DNA from: Candidatus Calditenuis fumarioli
Lineage (GTDB): Archaea; Thermoproteota; Nitrososphaeria_A; Caldarchaeales; Calditenuaceae
DNA: 64,000 nucleotides
NCBI GenBank assembly: GCA_030059665.1
Contig: JANVYR010000003.1
Location: forward strand, 63,716-127,715
Direction of reading: 5' to 3'
A program made the translations under genes and the position numbers. Below are positions 53,925 to 63,189 of this stretch, piece after piece. The notes beneath the pieces are model-generated. The model worked only from the letters and a program-made list of their open reading frames with translations, was not told the DNA's origin and ran no database searches. Position 1 is the stretch's first letter; every line of letters starts with the position of its first letter.

Positions 53925-54755
53925 CTAGGCGGTCACCTTGGCGGCGTTCCTGAGCAGGTCCCAGAGTCGAGACCTGACGCGCTGCACCTCGGGCGACTCG
54001 GGATCACGCGGCCGATCCGCATCGACCTCTAGAACGTCGATCACCCTGCCCGGCCTGGCGCACATGACCGCTATCCTGTCCGAGAGGAGAGCTGCCTCCG
54101 AAAGGCTGTGCGTGACGAAAACTATCGTCTTCTTTGTAAGCATCCAGATCTTGGTCAGCTCGATCCCAAGCTGGAGCCTGGTCTGCTCGTCTAACGCGCC
54201 GAAGGGCTCGTCCATCAGCAGTATCGAAGGGTTCACCGCGAGAGCCCTAGCGATCGAGACGCGCTGCTGCATCCCGCCAGAGAGCTCGGACGGATACATC
54301 TTCTCGAAGCCCTGGAGCCCGACGAGCTGGAGCATCTCCTTAGCCCTTTTGATCCGTTCCCTCTTCTCTACGCCCATCATCTCCAAGCCGAAGGCTACGT
54401 TGTCCAGAACGGTCCTCCAGGGCAGCAGCAACGGCTGCTGGAAGACGTAGGCCATCATGCCGGGTAAAGGTCGGGTGACCTCGGTGCCGTTGACGAAGAC
54501 CCTTCCTGCGGTGGGCCTGATGAGCCCAGCGATGATGTTGAGGAGCGTTGATTTGCCGCAGCCCGATGGTCCTATGATCGTGAAGAACTCGCTCTTCCTG
54601 ACCTCAAGGTTGACGTCCCTCAAGGCTTCGACGACGACCTCGCCCACCTGGTACCTGTGGGTTACGTTCTCCACCCTCAACATTTGAGGCCGACCCCAAT
54701 TCTCCGAAAAGCGGTTGTTTATAGCTTTTAGCCGCGAAGGATCGTATGTTGACAT
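53925..54755 (-). CDS. ABC transporter ATP-binding protein, NitT/TauT (nitrate/sulfonate/bicarbonate) type
   Basis: GPSGCGKST, LSGGMQQRVSIARAL, LLMDEPFGALD. An alternative ATG is at 54683. There is no cognate permease adjacent. Confidence 0.88.
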   Translation of the reverse strand: MSTYDPSRLKAINNRFSENWGRPQMLRVENVTHRYQVGEVVVEALRDVNLEVRKSEFFTIIGPSGCGKSTLLNIIAGLIRPTAGRVFVNGTEVTRPLPGMMAYVFQQPLLLPWRTVLDNVAFGLEMMGVEKRERIKRAKEMLQLVGLQGFEKMYPSELSGGMQQRVSIARALAVNPSILLMDEPFGALDEQTRLQLGIELTKIWMLTKKTIVFVTHSLSEAALLSDRIAVMCARPGRVIDVLEVDADRPRDPESPEVQRVRSRLWDLLRNAAKVTA

Positions 54756-54908
54756 GAACAGCGAGAGCTACTCGCCATCAACCTAATCGGATCGATTGGA
54801 GAAGCGGAAAATTTGAAAGCGGATTACTGGAGAACGACCCACCTGTGGAGCAACCTCAAAATGTGAAGGTGAAGGGTTAACCGCAACGGTACTCCGCCAT
54901 GTGACGAG

Positions 54909-55718
54909 ATGGCCAGACTTGTGGGTGCGTACATGTCCTCGCACGCGCCTCAAATAATCCTGCAACCGAAGGTCTCGGACGAGTATGTGGCCCAGCTCGC
55001 GAAGGTTCACGCGGCCCTGATGAACATCGGTGAGAGGATCCGAAGAAAGGGAGTCGAGACGCTGATAGTTTTCGGCTCCGATCACATGGAGACGTTCTTC
55101 CTCGACAACTACCCGCAACTCCTCCTCTTCACCGGCGAGAGCTCCTCGGCCCACTTCGGTGGTAGGGAGGTCTCGATAAGGAACGACACGGAGCTAGCCA
55201 CGCACCTCCTCTACAGCCTGCTCGATCAGGGTTTCGACGTGAGCTTCTCGCAGGAGATGAGGCTGGACCACCCGTTTGCGTCACCTCTTTACTGGGTGTT
55301 GAAGACGGCTGGGGACATCAGGGTGATACCGTTCCACGTGAACAGCAACGTCTCGCCGCGCGTGACCCCTAAGAGGTGCTACCAGCTCGGCCAGGCTGTA
55401 AGGAGGGCCATCGAGTCCTACGACGGCGACCAGAGGGTGGCCGTTTACGGTACCGGTGGGCTCTCCCACTATCCTGGAACACCTCTCTACGGGAAGGTCG
55501 ACGTCGAGGCTGACCAGCTCATAACTAGGAAGATAGTTGAGGGGAAAGGTTCGGAGCTGGCCAACCTGACTTCCAAATGGCTCGACGAGACTGGGAACTT
55601 CGAACTCCGGACCTGGATAGCCGCTCTGGGCGCAGTCGGTGATGTGCCTGGCGAGATCCTCCTTTACGAGAGGGCGTATCACATCGGATACTGCGTCGCG
55701 GCCGTCGACGGGGTGTGA
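54909..55718 (+). CDS. Class III extradiol ring-cleavage dioxygenase, LigB-type catalytic subunit
   Basis: GAYMSSHAP...LIVFGSDHMETFF...HVNS...GTGGLSH is the LigB/PCA 4,5-dioxygenase beta pattern. Confidence 0.8.
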   Translation: MARLVGAYMSSHAPQIILQPKVSDEYVAQLAKVHAALMNIGERIRRKGVETLIVFGSDHMETFFLDNYPQLLLFTGESSSAHFGGREVSIRNDTELATHLLYSLLDQGFDVSFSQEMRLDHPFASPLYWVLKTAGDIRVIPFHVNSNVSPRVTPKRCYQLGQAVRRAIESYDGDQRVAVYGTGGLSHYPGTPLYGKVDVEADQLITRKIVEGKGSELANLTSKWLDETGNFELRTWIAALGAVGDVPGEILLYERAYHIGYCVAAVDGV

Positions 55719-55721
55719 GGG

Positions 55722-56030
55722 ATGAGGGAGCTCTTCTTCCCCGAGCTGAGGTTCTACAGGCTCCACAAGATGGCGAGAGCCATACACCTGGACAGCGGGC
55801 TGAGGAAGAGGTTCAGGGAAGATCCGGAATCCGTGATGAACGAGTTCGGACTGACCGAGGAGGAGAAGGCCCTCGTCCGATCGAAGGACCCCGTGAAGAT
55901 GTTCAACGAGGGCGTCATGCCGTACGCCATCTTCTACCTGATATGGGAGGCTGAGGGCTGGATCTTCCTGCCTCCGGAGAAGCAGACCCTTTACCGCGAG
56001 CAGCCGGCCGTTGGTCCGAGAGGCCTGTGA
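55722..56030 (+). CDS. LigA-like small subunit of the extradiol dioxygenase
   Basis: About 100 aa with LRKRFREDPESVMNEFGLTEEEKALVRSKD, the helix-pair motif typical of LigA. It starts 3 nt after the LigB-like gene. Confidence 0.6.
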   Translation: MRELFFPELRFYRLHKMARAIHLDSGLRKRFREDPESVMNEFGLTEEEKALVRSKDPVKMFNEGVMPYAIFYLIWEAEGWIFLPPEKQTLYREQPAVGPRGL

Positions 56031-56048
56031 CCTAGGTGGTAATGGGAG

Positions 56049-57503
56049 ATGATCAGGACCGGAAAGGAGTACATCGAGAGCCTCCGGGACGGGAGGGAAC
56101 TGTACCTGGGCGACGAGGAGGTGAGGGACGTCACATCGCACCCGAGGCTGAAGCCCACGATCGAGAGCATCGCCAGGTGCTACGACCTGACGTACAGCAG
56201 GAGAGGGGAGCTGACCTACGTCGAGGACGGCGAGGAGTTCTCCACCCTCTGGATGGTTCCGAGGAGCAAAGGTGACTTCGTCAGGATCAGGCAACACATA
56301 ACTGCATGGCACGAGGAGACTGCTGGATGCCTCGGAAGGCTCCACGACTACCTCTGCGTCTGGGTGACGGCGCTCTACATCCTTAGGGACGTGATCGCCA
56401 AGGGCGGCGAGAGATTCGCAACCAACATAGTCAATTACTACAACTATTGCAGAAGGAAAGATCTAGCGTTAACGCATGCCATCTCAACACCACAGATCGA
56501 TAGGTCACCGGGGGCAAGGCGGAAGGACAACGAGGACATACACGTTGTGGACGTGAACGATAAAGGTGTTGTGGTCGAGGGCGCGAAGATAGTAAGTACG
56601 TACGTCCCCTACGCCAACGAGCTGATCAGCCTCCCACAGCTCCCTGCCAACCCAGACGAGGATCCAAATTACATCATCGGGTTCGCGATCCCCCTGAACG
56701 CGAAGAACCTCAAGATAGTCTGCAGGGTGAGCTACGTCGATCCCGAGAACCCACACGATTACCCATTGACCACATTGTACGACGACATGGACGCGATGGT
56801 GATCTTCGATAGGGTGCTCATCCCCTGGGAGAGGGTGTTCGTCTACGGTGAGAAGGGTCCGCTCATCAACTACGAGATCTTCAACGACGTTCTCGGGTTC
56901 GCGCTATGGGAGGCGGCGATAAAGAACGTCGTCAAGAGCAAGTACCTGATCGGGCTTGCGATGATGTTGACCTCGATGTTCGGGACAGACTCCTATCCGA
57001 ACGTGCAGGAGAAGATCGGATGGATGATGGAGTACATGAGCGTCCTCCAGGCCGCAATCGAGGGCGCGGAGGACACGGCGAAAAGACACAACGACGCCTT
57101 GATACCGAACATCTGGGTGACATGGCCTCTGGTCCAGCTCTTCAGCAACGACTTCTATCCCAAGATGGTCGAGACGTTGAGGACGCTGGCCGGGAGCGGA
57201 ATCGTAATGCACCCGCCGATGAGGGCCTTCAGGAACCAGAAGCTGAGGCCTTACCTCGAGAGGTACTTCAGGGCGAAGGGGGCGAACGCGGTCGACAGAT
57301 TACAGATACTGAAATTCATTGCGGACTACACCGTCAACAGCTACGGCGGTAGGATGCTCCAGTACGAGAAGTACTACGCGGCTGACCCGTTCAGGGTGGC
57401 GATCGTCCACTTCAGGTACTTCCCCGAGAAAGAGAAGTTCGTGGAGCTCGCCAGATCACAGATCGAGAAGTTCCGTTCTATCTACGGGATCTTCCCAACC
57501 TAA
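56049..57503 (+). CDS. HpaB-family flavin-dependent monooxygenase (4-hydroxyphenylacetate 3-hydroxylase oxygenase component type)
   Basis: MIRTGKEYIESLRDGRELYLGDEEVRDVTSHP N-terminus; 484 aa. I did not see the Cys cluster of the related 4-hydroxybutyryl-CoA dehydratases. Confidence 0.8.
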   Translation: MIRTGKEYIESLRDGRELYLGDEEVRDVTSHPRLKPTIESIARCYDLTYSRRGELTYVEDGEEFSTLWMVPRSKGDFVRIRQHITAWHEETAGCLGRLHDYLCVWVTALYILRDVIAKGGERFATNIVNYYNYCRRKDLALTHAISTPQIDRSPGARRKDNEDIHVVDVNDKGVVVEGAKIVSTYVPYANELISLPQLPANPDEDPNYIIGFAIPLNAKNLKIVCRVSYVDPENPHDYPLTTLYDDMDAMVIFDRVLIPWERVFVYGEKGPLINYEIFNDVLGFALWEAAIKNVVKSKYLIGLAMMLTSMFGTDSYPNVQEKIGWMMEYMSVLQAAIEGAEDTAKRHNDALIPNIWVTWPLVQLFSNDFYPKMVETLRTLAGSGIVMHPPMRAFRNQKLRPYLERYFRAKGANAVDRLQILKFIADYTVNSYGGRMLQYEKYYAADPFRVAIVHFRYFPEKEKFVELARSQIEKFRSIYGIFPT

Positions 57504-57523
57504 CCGACCATTAGGCTCCGAAA

Positions 57524-58201
57524 TCAGCGATGACCTGTGCGCTCGGCCATGACAGTTGGTGGAGCGTTGCCGAGATAGGACTCGACCAGCCTCTTGTGGG
57601 CTCTGCGCAGCATCTCCGAGACGGCCCTCGGCGAGATCCCGAACATCTCAGCCAACTCCCTCACGCCGATTTTCTTGGGAACCTCGTAGAAACCGAGCTC
57701 GAGCGCAGCTGAGAGGAGTTGTTCCTGCTTCTTAGTCAGCGACGGTACGAGCCTATCTGCGTTGAGCTGCTCGACGCGCTGGACTTCTATCCTGTAGCCT
57801 CTGAGAGTGGTCTCCTCGATGAAGTCCTTGAGCTCGTTGGCGTCCCGAAAGACGCACGTCACCAACAACCCGTTCTTGTCCTCCCTTATCCTGAGCACGT
57901 GTTTGAACGGTATGCCGGCACTGTAGCACGCGCACCTCCTAGTCCTTATCATTGCCAGCATCACGCCCTCCCTGTCGGTTCTCTTGACGGTGGCCTCCTC
58001 GACACCGGGAGCTTCGAGGAGGAGAGGTCTCAGCTCACAGGGCTTCGCCGAGGACGTGTTAAAGACGGCGAGTACAGAGGTACCCGCGGACTCCTTGCGG
58101 GGAACGCACTGCAGTATCTCCGATTTGATGCCCCTCGCCCTAAGGAGCGCGGACCACGGACAGCTCAGCGAGGCCTTGAAGGAGACGACCAGCATCTGCA
58201 C
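57524..58201 (-). CDS. HTH_10 (Bat-type) transcription regulator
   Basis: C-terminal LTKKQEQLLSAALELGFYEVPKKIGVRELAEMFGISPRAVSEMLRRAHKRLV. Confidence 0.75.
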   Translation of the reverse strand: MQMLVVSFKASLSCPWSALLRARGIKSEILQCVPRKESAGTSVLAVFNTSSAKPCELRPLLLEAPGVEEATVKRTDREGVMLAMIRTRRCACYSAGIPFKHVLRIREDKNGLLVTCVFRDANELKDFIEETTLRGYRIEVQRVEQLNADRLVPSLTKKQEQLLSAALELGFYEVPKKIGVRELAEMFGISPRAVSEMLRRAHKRLVESYLGNAPPTVMAERTGHR

Positions 58202-58409
58202 AAATTAAACGTTTTCGGGTAGATATGCGTTCCTGCGCATCGCCTCGAAACGCCTTCAAAGTTGAAGATTTAGACGCCTGGACCGGACGCGTTTGAAGGC
58301 AGCGGGGTCCGACGGAGTCCTGAGGTCGCTGGAGCTTGGGCGAGGCAACGGAGCCTCCCGGATCGAGCAAAATACTAAATCTGACCAACCGCTGACTTCG
58401 CTTTTGAGG

Positions 58410-59147
58410 ATGGCGGACGAGCGGCTGATGGAGGTCAGGGACGTTTACAAGTACTTCGGTGGACTTCCAGCTCTCAACGGAGTCTCCTTCAGCGTGAGAC
58501 GGGGTGAGATACTGGCCATAATCGGGCCCAACGGCGCCGGGAAGACGACGCTCTTCAACGTCATCAGCGGGGTGTTCCAGCCCACCAAAGGAAAGGTGAT
58601 CTTCGAGGGGAAAGACATAACCAGACTGCCGCCTTATAAGAGGGCCAAGCTCGGCATAGCTAGGACCTTCCAGATACCGAGGCCCTTCGCTGAGATGACG
58701 GTGCTGGACAACGTGGTCGTCGGCATGCTGGCAAACGGTGGAGGATCGGTATCAGTGGCAAGGATGAAGGCGCTCGAGATCCTAGAGGAGCTCGGGCTGA
58801 GGGACAAGGCCGGGACTGAGGTGAGGAAGCTGAACGTACAGGAGAAGAAGTCGGTCGAGCTGGCTAGGGCACTGGCCATGGAGCCGAAGGTGCTCCTGCT
58901 GGACGAGTACATGAGCGGTCTCAACACCGGCGAGGTGGAGAGGGCGGTTGAGGAGCTGAAGAGGATAAACAAGGAGAGAGGGATAACGATCGTCTGGATC
59001 GAGCACATCCTGAGGGCGGTGATGAAGCTCGCAGAACGCGTGATCGTTCTGAACTTCGGCCAGATCATCGCTGAGGGGAAGCCCAGTGAGGTCGCCAACA
59101 GCGCCTCCGTGATAGAGGCCTATCTCGGGAGGGGGATGGCGCATTGA
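58410..59147 (+). CDS. livG: Branched-chain-amino-acid-type ABC transporter ATP-binding protein (LivG type)
   Basis: GPNGAGKTT, the LivG-type C-terminal extension and IEAYLG. ATG 58410 follows gagg; the track start is 58293. Confidence 0.9.
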   Translation: MADERLMEVRDVYKYFGGLPALNGVSFSVRRGEILAIIGPNGAGKTTLFNVISGVFQPTKGKVIFEGKDITRLPPYKRAKLGIARTFQIPRPFAEMTVLDNVVVGMLANGGGSVSVARMKALEILEELGLRDKAGTEVRKLNVQEKKSVELARALAMEPKVLLLDEYMSGLNTGEVERAVEELKRINKERGITIVWIEHILRAVMKLAERVIVLNFGQIIAEGKPSEVANSASVIEAYLGRGMAH

Positions 59148-59869
59148 GTGCCTACCTGTCGGTCTCCGGGATAGAGGCGGGCTACGGTGAGTTCCAGGTG
59201 CTCTGGGGCTTGGACCTCGAGATACCGGAGCAGGGCCAGAGGGTGGGAGTGATCGGGCCCAACGGTGCAGGAAAGACCACAGCGATGAGGTGCATCGCAG
59301 GGATCCTGCAGCCCAAACGCGGCAAGATCGCCTTCAAGGGAAGGACCCTCAACGGCACCCCAGCCAACAAGAGGGTCGAGATGGGGATCTCCTACGTGCC
59401 ATCGGAGAAGGAGCTGTTCCCCAAGATGACGGTCATGGAGGTCCTCGAGCTGGGGGCATACACGAAGAGGGGGAGAAGAGAGTTCGAGAGAAACTTGGAC
59501 TTCGTCTTCACGCTCTTTCCGAGGCTGAAGGAGAGGAGGAACCAGAAGGCGGGGACGCTGAGCGGCGGCGAGCAGCAGATGCTCGCGATCGCAAGGGCCC
59601 TAATGTCCTCACCGGAGCTACTGATACTTGACGAGCCGTCGACGGGGCTCTCACCGCTTTTGGTCGAGGAACTCTTCAGGTCGCTCGCGGAGTTATCGGA
59701 GAGGAAGGGAAGTCTGACAGTCCTCCTGGTGGAGCAGCGCGTACCCATGGCGTTCTCCTTCTGCGACCTGATCTACGTCATTGAGGGCGGGAGGACCGTG
59801 CTGAAGGGAGAACCCGAAGAGCTGGCCAGCGACCCCAGGATAAGGGCATCCTACCTCGGTGGTCTCTGA
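59144..59869 (+). CDS. livF: Branched-chain-amino-acid-type ABC transporter ATP-binding protein (LivF type)
   Basis: GPNGAGKTT, LSGGEQQMLAIARAL, ILDEPSTGLSP, ASYLGG. It overlaps livG by 4 nt. Confidence 0.9.
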   Translation: MSAYLSVSGIEAGYGEFQVLWGLDLEIPEQGQRVGVIGPNGAGKTTAMRCIAGILQPKRGKIAFKGRTLNGTPANKRVEMGISYVPSEKELFPKMTVMEVLELGAYTKRGRREFERNLDFVFTLFPRLKERRNQKAGTLSGGEQQMLAIARALMSSPELLILDEPSTGLSPLLVEELFRSLAELSERKGSLTVLLVEQRVPMAFSFCDLIYVIEGGRTVLKGEPEELASDPRIRASYLGGL

Positions 59870-60759
59870 TGGTAGAGGCCGCACTCGACCTACTGCTATC
59901 ACAGCTGCCCGTCGTCCTCGTCGACGGAATAACATTCGGCCTCCAGCTCGCCCTGGTAGCGGTAGGGATAACGATGATCTTCGGGCAGGCTCAGATCCTG
60001 AACCTATCCCACGGTGAGTTCGCGGTGATCGCGGCGATAACGTCGGCCCTCCTCATCCCCCTTTTAGGTGTCCCGCTGGCCGTCCTGGCGGGGATCGCCC
60101 TAGCAGTGGCCTTCGGGGCCTTCGTCTACAAGGTCGTCCTCCTGCCGGCCTTCAGACTGCAGGGTGAGAACCGAATACTCCTGGGTCTGTTCCTGATGCT
60201 GGGCCTCTACCTGCTCCTTCACGGTTACTTCACGAACCAGTTCCCCACGACGTACCTGTCCATCAGGCCAGAGGTCCAGACGGTCGAGCTGCTCGGAATG
60301 TCCTTCAGGTTCTCAGCGGTCCTCGCCGCCGGCATCTCGGCCGTCCTCTTGGCGCTGCTGGCGGTCTTCCTCAAGACGACCATGACGGGGAAGGCGATCA
60401 GGGCCGTATCCCAGAACGAGACCGGATCGATGCTGGTCGGCATCACCGTCGACAGGATCAGACTCCTCACCTTCCTAATAGGTGGAGCCCTCGCGGGTTC
60501 CGCAGGCATCATGAGAGGTCTTGCGGCGACCATGGGCCCCGAGTCGGGGATAGAGCTGACGGTTCTGGCGCTGCTGATCAGCGTGGTGGGCGGCGTCCGG
60601 AGCGTCCCGGGGACCGTTGTGGCCGGCCTCATGCTGGGAATCGTCTACATGGTCGCGAGCTTCCTCGTGGGCACCTATCTGTCCGTGGTGATCATGCTGG
60701 CAGTCACGATAGCCGTCTTGGTCCTGAGGCCTCAGGGACTTCTGGGCGAGTCCGAGTGA
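59869..60759 (+). CDS. livH: Branched-chain-amino-acid-type ABC transporter permease (LivH type)
   Basis: 296 aa, 8 TM, GQAQILNLSHGEF and GKAIRAVSQNE motifs. Confidence 0.88.
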   Translation: MVEAALDLLLSQLPVVLVDGITFGLQLALVAVGITMIFGQAQILNLSHGEFAVIAAITSALLIPLLGVPLAVLAGIALAVAFGAFVYKVVLLPAFRLQGENRILLGLFLMLGLYLLLHGYFTNQFPTTYLSIRPEVQTVELLGMSFRFSAVLAAGISAVLLALLAVFLKTTMTGKAIRAVSQNETGSMLVGITVDRIRLLTFLIGGALAGSAGIMRGLAATMGPESGIELTVLALLISVVGGVRSVPGTVVAGLMLGIVYMVASFLVGTYLSVVIMLAVTIAVLVLRPQGLLGESE

Positions 60760-60820
60760 GGGACAACAAGGTCCGGCGGTTCCTGCACCTAAGACCTTGT
60801 TGGCTTCTTTGGGCGTAACT

Positions 60821-60830
60821 TTTATTATAA
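60821..60830 (+). promoter_or_regulatory. TATA box internal to the liv cluster, upstream of the RraA-like gene
   Basis: TTTATTATAA lies 24-33 nt upstream of ATG 60854. Confidence 0.4.
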
Positions 60831-60853
60831 CACCAGTATGGGAGGCGACGAGC

Positions 60854-61543
60854 ATGTCATCGGTAGTATACAGGGACTTTCAGAGGCCCCCGAAGGAGGT
60901 CGTTGACGCGTTCAGGGAGCTGGGTGCGTCGACGGTTTACGAGTCGATAGGGAAGGAGTACCGCTGCGTGATGGACCCGGCCATAAAGCCGATAGCTCCG
61001 GACACGAAGCTGGTCGGACCGGCCCTGACGGTTCACTGTTATCCGGGCGACAACGTGACGGTTCACAAGGCGATGACGCTCGCCAAGCAAGGTGACGTGC
61101 TGGTGATAGCCGCTGGAGGTCAGATAGCGGTGATGTGGGGAGGTCTCATGAGCTATCAGGCGATGAGGCAGGGCATCGCTGGAGTGGTCGTGGACGGGTC
61201 GGTGAGGGACGTTGCCGAGATCAGGAGGATGGGCTTTCCGGTCTTCGCCAGGCACGTCTCTCCTATTGGGTCTACCAAACTCCATCCCGGATCGATAAAC
61301 GTCCCGGTGATATGCGGAGGTGTTCTGGTGCGACCCGGCGACCTCATCGTGGCGGACGACGACGGGGTTGTTGTGGTTCCGAGGGAGATAATCAATGACG
61401 TGCTGGAACGGGCCAGGCAGAGGGAGCAGAGGGAACGCGAGAACAGGAAGCTGTACGACCAGGGCAAGACTTCCTATGAGATCTACGGGTTCGATAAGGT
61501 CTTCAGGGAGAAGGGCGTGCCCGAGTACCCGATGGCGCCTTAG
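60854..61543 (+). CDS. RraA-family protein / 4-hydroxy-4-methyl-2-oxoglutarate (HMG/CHA) aldolase-like
   Basis: TVYESIG...GPALTVHCYPGDN...GDVLVIAAGG...WGGLMSYQAMRQGIAGVVVDGSVRD...GFPVFAR. ATG is at 60854; the track starts at TTG 60797. Confidence 0.85.
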   Translation: MSSVVYRDFQRPPKEVVDAFRELGASTVYESIGKEYRCVMDPAIKPIAPDTKLVGPALTVHCYPGDNVTVHKAMTLAKQGDVLVIAAGGQIAVMWGGLMSYQAMRQGIAGVVVDGSVRDVAEIRRMGFPVFARHVSPIGSTKLHPGSINVPVICGGVLVRPGDLIVADDDGVVVVPREIINDVLERARQREQRERENRKLYDQGKTSYEIYGFDKVFREKGVPEYPMAP

Positions 61544-61559
61544 CAGGGTGCTGGACGGA

Positions 61560-62531
61560 ATGGCTGCTCCGGATGAGCACAGGATCGATGTGAGGTTGCT
61601 CGTGCTTGCTGCGATATCGGCGATCCTTCTCGCGCTGCCCCTTGTCTTCACAGGGCGGTACTACCTTCGGGTCCTGACCCAGATGTCCTTCTTCATCGTC
61701 TTCGCGTCCGCCTTCGGCCTGCTCTTCGGAAGGACCAACCAGCTCTTCCTCTGCATCGCAGCGCTCGCAGGGATCTCCGCATACACGAGCGGGCTTCTCA
61801 CGTCCAGACTCGGGATGGAGCACTGGTCCACGATCCTGCTCGGATCGATCTTCTCAGCTGGGGTTGCTGCGGGCCTGAGCTATGTGGCCAACGTCAGGCG
61901 GATGGGTGTGGTCTTCGTTGCTATACTCACCTTGGCCTTCCAGCTCATCTTCGAGAACCTGGTGACCGGACTGGTCTGGTTGACCGGCGGCGACACCGGA
62001 TTCAGGCCCCCACCGCTTCCGCTCGGGCCCTTGGGATCTCTCCTCGGCGAGCAGATGAGCTTCTACCTCATAGCCGCAGTGCTGGCGATCGGAACGCTCT
62101 TCGTGAACTACTGGCTGATGGAGAGGAGCAAATGGGGGCTGATAATGGAGGCGGTTAGGAACGAGGAGGTCGCATCTGAGGTGATAGGGATCAACGTCAG
62201 ACGCGTCAAGGTGACAGTTTCGGCCCTCTCGGGTTTCATGATAGGTCTTGCGGGTGCCCTGTACGGGTACTTCAACGGACTGATATCACCGATCTACTTC
62301 TCGTTCGCGAGCATAGACATACTGAGCCAGGTCATGGCCGTCTTCGGAGGGAGGGGTACAGTTATAGGTCCGCTGATAGGTTCCGCCGTCTTCACGTACG
62401 TGAACGAGAACATACGGTACCTCGGGCCCATCTCCCTCTCGGTCTACGGCGCGCTGATCGTGGTTTTGTTCGCTGCTTTCAGGGAGGGCATGGTGGCCAC
62501 CCTCAGGCGGTGGACCCGTCTGGTATTCTGA
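61560..62531 (+). CDS. livM: Branched-chain-amino-acid-type ABC transporter permease (LivM type)
   Basis: About 320 aa, 9-10 TM, with the pattern GQLSL-like FLCIAALAGISAY and the loop RSKWGLIMEAVRNEE. ATG is at 61560; the track start 61395 lies inside the RraA-like gene. Confidence 0.85.
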   Translation: MAAPDEHRIDVRLLVLAAISAILLALPLVFTGRYYLRVLTQMSFFIVFASAFGLLFGRTNQLFLCIAALAGISAYTSGLLTSRLGMEHWSTILLGSIFSAGVAAGLSYVANVRRMGVVFVAILTLAFQLIFENLVTGLVWLTGGDTGFRPPPLPLGPLGSLLGEQMSFYLIAAVLAIGTLFVNYWLMERSKWGLIMEAVRNEEVASEVIGINVRRVKVTVSALSGFMIGLAGALYGYFNGLISPIYFSFASIDILSQVMAVFGGRGTVIGPLIGSAVFTYVNENIRYLGPISLSVYGALIVVLFAAFREGMVATLRRWTRLVF

Positions 62532-62543
62532 GGTGGGAGATCC

Positions 62544-63182
62544 GTGACCGGCGGGGCTCACGTCTCCAGGACGCTTCCGGAGGAATGGAGAATCCCTCAG
62601 CCGGAGAGGGTGAGGCTCGACCCGAAGCGGGACTTCCTGGTCGTGGTGGACCTGCAGAAGGAGTACTGCCATCCATCGGGCAGGAAGTACCTCGAGTCCT
62701 CCCGTGAGATAGTTCCCAACGTCATCAGGGTCCTCGAGGCGTTCAGGTCCAAGGGGGCCAAGATCCTGTTCACGGCAATTTACTTCGATCCAGAAGATCC
62801 AAGGTTCCGAGGACTCGAGTCCAGACTCTATCCCAGAAAGGGCGAGTGGGGCTTCGAGCTGATCGAGGAGTTAGCGGTGCAGCCTGGTGAGATCGTCGTC
62901 GAGAAGGACTGTTACGATCCTTTCCTCAGCTCGAATATCGATGAGGTGCTGAGGTCCAACGGACTTTCCCCGCACACATCAACGGCCGTAGTCACCGGTG
63001 CGGTCACTACGACCTGCGTGTACCACACCGTCTCAGGCCTCTTCCACAGGGGGTACAGGGTGGTAGTGCCCGTCGATTGTGTGGCCGACAGGACTCCGGC
63101 TGCACAGCTTTTCGGACTGTGGAAATTCGTGACGCTCTACAACGTAAAACTGACGAAATCCGACATGATAGAGCTCGTCTGA
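62544..63182 (+). CDS. Isochorismatase-family cysteine hydrolase (amidase/nicotinamidase-like)
   Basis: FLVVVDLQKEY (catalytic Asp region), K in FTAIYF..., and VVTGAVTTTCV (catalytic Cys). GTG start. Confidence 0.85.
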   Translation: MTGGAHVSRTLPEEWRIPQPERVRLDPKRDFLVVVDLQKEYCHPSGRKYLESSREIVPNVIRVLEAFRSKGAKILFTAIYFDPEDPRFRGLESRLYPRKGEWGFELIEELAVQPGEIVVEKDCYDPFLSSNIDEVLRSNGLSPHTSTAVVTGAVTTTCVYHTVSGLFHRGYRVVVPVDCVADRTPAAQLFGLWKFVTLYNVKLTKSDMIELV

Positions 63183-63189
63183 CGATCGG

